64,000 nt of DNA, from assembly GCA_026936335.1 (NCBI GenBank), contig JAPMXV010000030.1, positions 1 through 64,000 of the forward strand, written 5' to 3'. Made by a program: the position numbers and the translations under genes. The stretch comes from Mantamonas sphyraenae STR306. Lineage: Eukaryota > Protista > CRuMs. This document shows, piece by piece, positions 60,357-64,000 of the stretch. Positions within the stretch are counted from its first letter, which is position 1. Every line of letters starts with the position of its first letter. A model generated the notes under the pieces. It was given only the letters and a program-made list of their open reading frames with translations, was not told the origin of the DNA and did not search any database.

Positions 60357-62132
60357 TCAGAACAGCGGCAGGCGCCCAAACGTCGACGACCGACACGTCG
60401 GGCATTCCAGCGAAGCCAGACCTTCCAGACATTCCTTGCAGAAGCGGTGTCCACACGGATTCAAAGCTACGTCTCGGTGACGATCGGAGCAGATGGGACA
60501 CACCACAATCTCCTCCAGCTCTTCCTTCTGGGCGAGCAGCTCCTCGATCTGCTCCTCCAGCCGCACAATCTGGGTCTTCAACCCTGTGATCTCCTCTGCT
60601 TGTTCGTTCACCACCGTTTGCAGGCCTAGACTGTTTTGGGGAAGCTCCACACCCAGCTTGTCCGTCAGCGCTGCTCCTTGGCTGGTCACAGCCGCTTCCA
60701 GCGCTTTCACGCGCTCCTCTAGCTCCTGCATCGCTGAACTCGACGCCACCTTGCTAGAAGCACCCACATTGTCATTTTCATCTGTGCTCTCCACACTGAT
60801 TGGCTCCTCAGGCAGCGTGGCCCGGGTCGTGACACCATCCAACCCGATGTGCGCCACAAGCAGCTCAAAGATGTCTTCATGTCCCAGACTTGCAGCAACT
60901 TCAAAGGCACTTGATCCTGTAAGTGGGATGTCGTCGATCACAGCCAATGACGGGTTCTCCTCCAACAACCGCGCCACAATGGCGATGTTTCCACCCGCCA
61001 CAGCCGCACGCAGCAGCGTGGCTCGTCCAGCAGATGGCCACATGCGAAACGAATCCAAAGGCACATACGCATACTTTTGCAGCTGCTGTTCAAACAGGTC
61101 GAGGTCGCCCTGCTCCGCAGCGAAATGAATCCGGGTCCATCCCTCGCGCATGGTCTTGTCGGACATCGCTCCATACTGCAAACGGTCATTGCCAACGAAC
61201 AGTTGTCGCAGATTTTCGGAAGGCTCGTATAGGTGTGAGAGGTTTCTGCTGAAGCAGAAGTTCTGGATGTGTTGAGTTGCCGAAAGCACAGTCGTGATCA
61301 GTGAATGATCAGCAACACTCATCTCCCCAGTCATATTGATACAAACCAACCGAGCACAGCATTTCAGCAGCGCGAATGCACACGTGGAGAAGCACGCAGG
61401 AGAGGTCGTCAGAACAAAGTGGTCCAGCTCCGAAAACTCGACCATCGCCTTCTTCAGAAACTCTGCGTCGCTTTCGCTCTCCACCAAAACCTGAAGCGAT
61501 CGAATCTGGCCAAACATCTCCTGCAGTCGAGGCAGCATGCAGCCGCGAACTGAAACGTGTCGCCCTGGCACGTGCCACTCAAGCGGTTGTGTTGCGTTCT
61601 CGGTCCATCCCTGCTCCAACGCAGAGTACAAATGTGTTATGTTTCCCCTGTTCCGTGACGTTTGACCCAACGTGTACGTCGGTACGAGGCACACGACGGG
61701 AATGTTCAAGGCGAGGTCTACGATGATCCCTTCCCACTCATTTTCCTCCCCTTGAGGTTTCACCAAATGGAACTGTTCCACCTCACTCGTGTCCAGGGCT
61801 GTCACAAATGCTTTGACACTGTTGAAGATGGCCTGATCCCTGGAAGAAATTGAAACCGTCAGCGCACAGCGGCCGACGCTTGCCACACTCTCCGCAGCCG
61901 CCCCCGCGTCGTTTACACGCTGATTCGGCTTTTTACCGTTCATGCCAACATCGCAGAAGCTGGAAGCAATCTGAATCGACACCGTAGTGAGCTTCTGGGC
62001 TCTCCGCTCCTTCCTCTTCCTCAGCCTTTCCCTCCACGTCAATGAATCCGCCGAGGAGGACGATGACTCCTTCATCGTCCCCTCTGAGGTCACGCTGAAC
62101 CGTCTCTTCTCTCTCTTTGCAAATCGGCCCAT
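60357..62132 (-). CDS. Ankyrin + coiled-coil + C3HC4 RING E3 ubiquitin ligase-like protein (possible degenerate LRRs upstream)
   Basis: GWTRIHFAAEQG, TLLRAAVAGG, SAFEVAASLG ankyrin repeats; CPICSDRHRDVALNPCGHRFCKECL...CPTCR. Confidence 0.85.
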   Translation of the reverse strand: MGRFAKREKRRFSVTSEGTMKESSSSSADSLTWRERLRKRKERRAQKLTTVSIQIASSFCDVGMNGKKPNQRVNDAGAAAESVASVGRCALTVSISSRDQAIFNSVKAFVTALDTSEVEQFHLVKPQGEENEWEGIIVDLALNIPVVCLVPTYTLGQTSRNRGNITHLYSALEQGWTENATQPLEWHVPGRHVSVRGCMLPRLQEMFGQIRSLQVLVESESDAEFLKKAMVEFSELDHFVLTTSPACFSTCAFALLKCCARLVCINMTGEMSVADHSLITTVLSATQHIQNFCFSRNLSHLYEPSENLRQLFVGNDRLQYGAMSDKTMREGWTRIHFAAEQGDLDLFEQQLQKYAYVPLDSFRMWPSAGRATLLRAAVAGGNIAIVARLLEENPSLAVIDDIPLTGSSAFEVAASLGHEDIFELLVAHIGLDGVTTRATLPEEPISVESTDENDNVGASSKVASSSAMQELEERVKALEAAVTSQGAALTDKLGVELPQNSLGLQTVVNEQAEEITGLKTQIVRLEEQIEELLAQKEELEEIVVCPICSDRHRDVALNPCGHRFCKECLEGLASLECPTCRSSTFGRLPLF

Positions 62133-62215
62133 GTCTTGACCCCCCCCGCGCATGGTTGTCGCACGACCCCTTCACCAACCCATCGCTTCCCATTTTCGTC
62201 CCCACACCTCCCACC

Positions 62216-63010
62216 ATGGACCCCGCTCCTGCAGTGACCCGCGCCCGAAAGCGCAAGTCCCAAGGCTCCCACACCTCCGACTCCGACTCCTCCCCTGAGC
62301 CCGACCGCCGCCGCCAGCGCGTCAGGAACACCTCGCCCTCCGCCGCCACCACTTCCTCCTCCACCACCCAGCTCACGCACCCCAATACCACCATCTCCAC
62401 CACTCAATCCACCCCCTCCACTGCGGCAGACCTCTTCCAGAACTCTCCCGACCCGTGGACTGCTCTCGAGCGCTACCTTGAATCCCGACCCCGCTTTGAG
62501 CCGCGCCCTTTCCCCAGTGCCACGGCAACCATCTACACGAGCGATCTCATCTATGCCGCCAAGAACGCCACAAACACAACCACTCTTCTCGAGGAACGCC
62601 TCGATTCCCTAAAAGAGCGCTTGCGCAGCTCCAGCATTCAAACGCGCATCAACGCCCTCTACTCCCTCTACCACACCATACGTTCCGTTCCCATCACTCA
62701 GCACACACGCATGCTCCTCTACAACACCGTCCGCGTCATTGCCAACAACTACGTCGACCAGAACAAGCCCCAGCGCTGGCCTCCGCTCCTCGTCCTCGCC
62801 ATCCTCGCCGTCTGCACTGCAAACATCGACTCCTTCACCGAAACCTCTGCCGACAAGCTCCTCCAATGGTACACAGAAGTCTCGGCCGTTGCTATTCTCC
62901 CGTCCTCCTCCTCCTCCTCCTCCTCCTCCACCACCCCCAGCCACACCACGAGCACAGCCTCCTCCACCCCCTCCTCCATCTCCACCACCTCCACCTCCAC
63001 CTCCTCCTCC

Positions 63011-63041
<31 letters not shown>

Positions 63042-64000
63042 CACCCTTCCCTACCTCCCTCTCCACCACCCGTCAACCCATCCGTTTCGTCCGCAAGGCC
63101 GCACACGAGAGCTACCTGCCTCAAGCAATCCGCGCCGCCGCGCACTCCGTCCTCTGCCACGACCCATTCCAAGAGGTCAAGAATTACATCCGCTCTCTGT
63201 CCCTTCCGCACACAGAACCCTCCTTCTTCTACAACCCGCGCGCCGTTGCCACCATGGGCCCCACCACCATCCAGATTCCAGACGACATCTTTCGCCGCGT
63301 CTCCGCCGGCAAGTCCACCATCGCCCTCGTCAGCTTTGACCCTGAGCCCCTCGAGCGCAACGAAATCCCGCAGCTGCACCTTCCATACAACATTGTCGTC
63401 TGCATCGGCGGCAAGTCCATCCGCATTGTACGACCGCATCCTTTCACCCGCACAAACACACGCGCCCTCGCCCTACCCTGTGTACCCCTGCCTCTCACAC
63501 ACACACGCGTCCCCACACCACCCCACAGCCCCAACGCAGAAAACCAGCCACCCTCATGGACACCACCAACGCCAGCCGCCAGTTTGACCTCTCGTTTCGC
63601 CTCGAACACATGTGCCGCTGCAGCTTTATGCTCATGGTCCTCGAGATCGCTTCGGGCAAGGACAGGCTGCGCTCCCTCATCCAACACGTCATCGACTCCA
63701 AGCTGCCCCTCGACCAGGCCCGCAAGGCATTTCTTGCCCTCCACCACATCGAGGACAGCGATGACATTGTCATGGAGGAGCGACCTCCCCTCACGCTGCT
63801 CTGCCCGCTTTCCCAAGCCAAGATCGCCACGCCCGTACGCAGTACTGCGTGCACACACTCTGCTTGCTTCGACCTTTCCAGCTACATCCGCTCCAACAGT
63901 CTGAACCGCAAGTTCATCTGCCCCATCTGCTACAAGTCCGCCCTCCCTTTCACCCTCTTTTGCGACTCCTTTGTCCAACATATCCTCGAGTCCACGGACA
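62216..64000 (+). CDS. SP-RING (MIZ) zinc-finger SUMO E3 ligase-like protein (PIAS/Siz type); runs off the window end
   Basis: Phase-0 intron 63428-63528 leads into LLCPLSQAKIATPVRSTACTHSACFDL...FICPICYK. Confidence 0.85.

Overview
Left end of a chromosome from a gene-dense, GC-rich, intron-poor unicellular eukaryote. It has (CCCTAA)n telomeres, standard genetic code and short GT-AG introns; the species cannot be determined from the sequence. The first ~22 kb look like a subtelomeric 'conflict/diversity' zone with three components: (i) three copies of a probably nuclear protein family I do not recognise, built from a duplicated ~130-aa helical module, progressively 5'-truncated but co-terminal at the stop codon; (ii) a Crinkler/RHS-type P-loop NTPase + PD-(D/E)xK nuclease gene with a mitochondrial-presequence-like N-terminus; (iii) three paralogous LRR-ankyrin proteins ending in an F-box-like motif. 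Further in are a tandem Rid-domain gene, a six-repeat DUF5648-like gene, a GT61 glycosyltransferase, an ankyrin protein and a dual-specificity phosphatase. These are followed by a ~6,600-aa secreted protein with 11 SBBP beta-propellers, an Sfi1-like protein with two coding tandem arrays, and an apparently catalytically dead DXO/eIF3d-fold domain fused to an eIF4B-like RGG tail. The rest are BPNT1, DUF2237, cathepsin L, an SLC43-like MFS transporter, a TauE/SafE transporter, an ankyrin-RING E3 and an SP-RING SUMO E3 that runs off the window end. Splice models were derived by hand from GT-AG sites and frame continuity. Family assignments come from motif recognition, not database searches.
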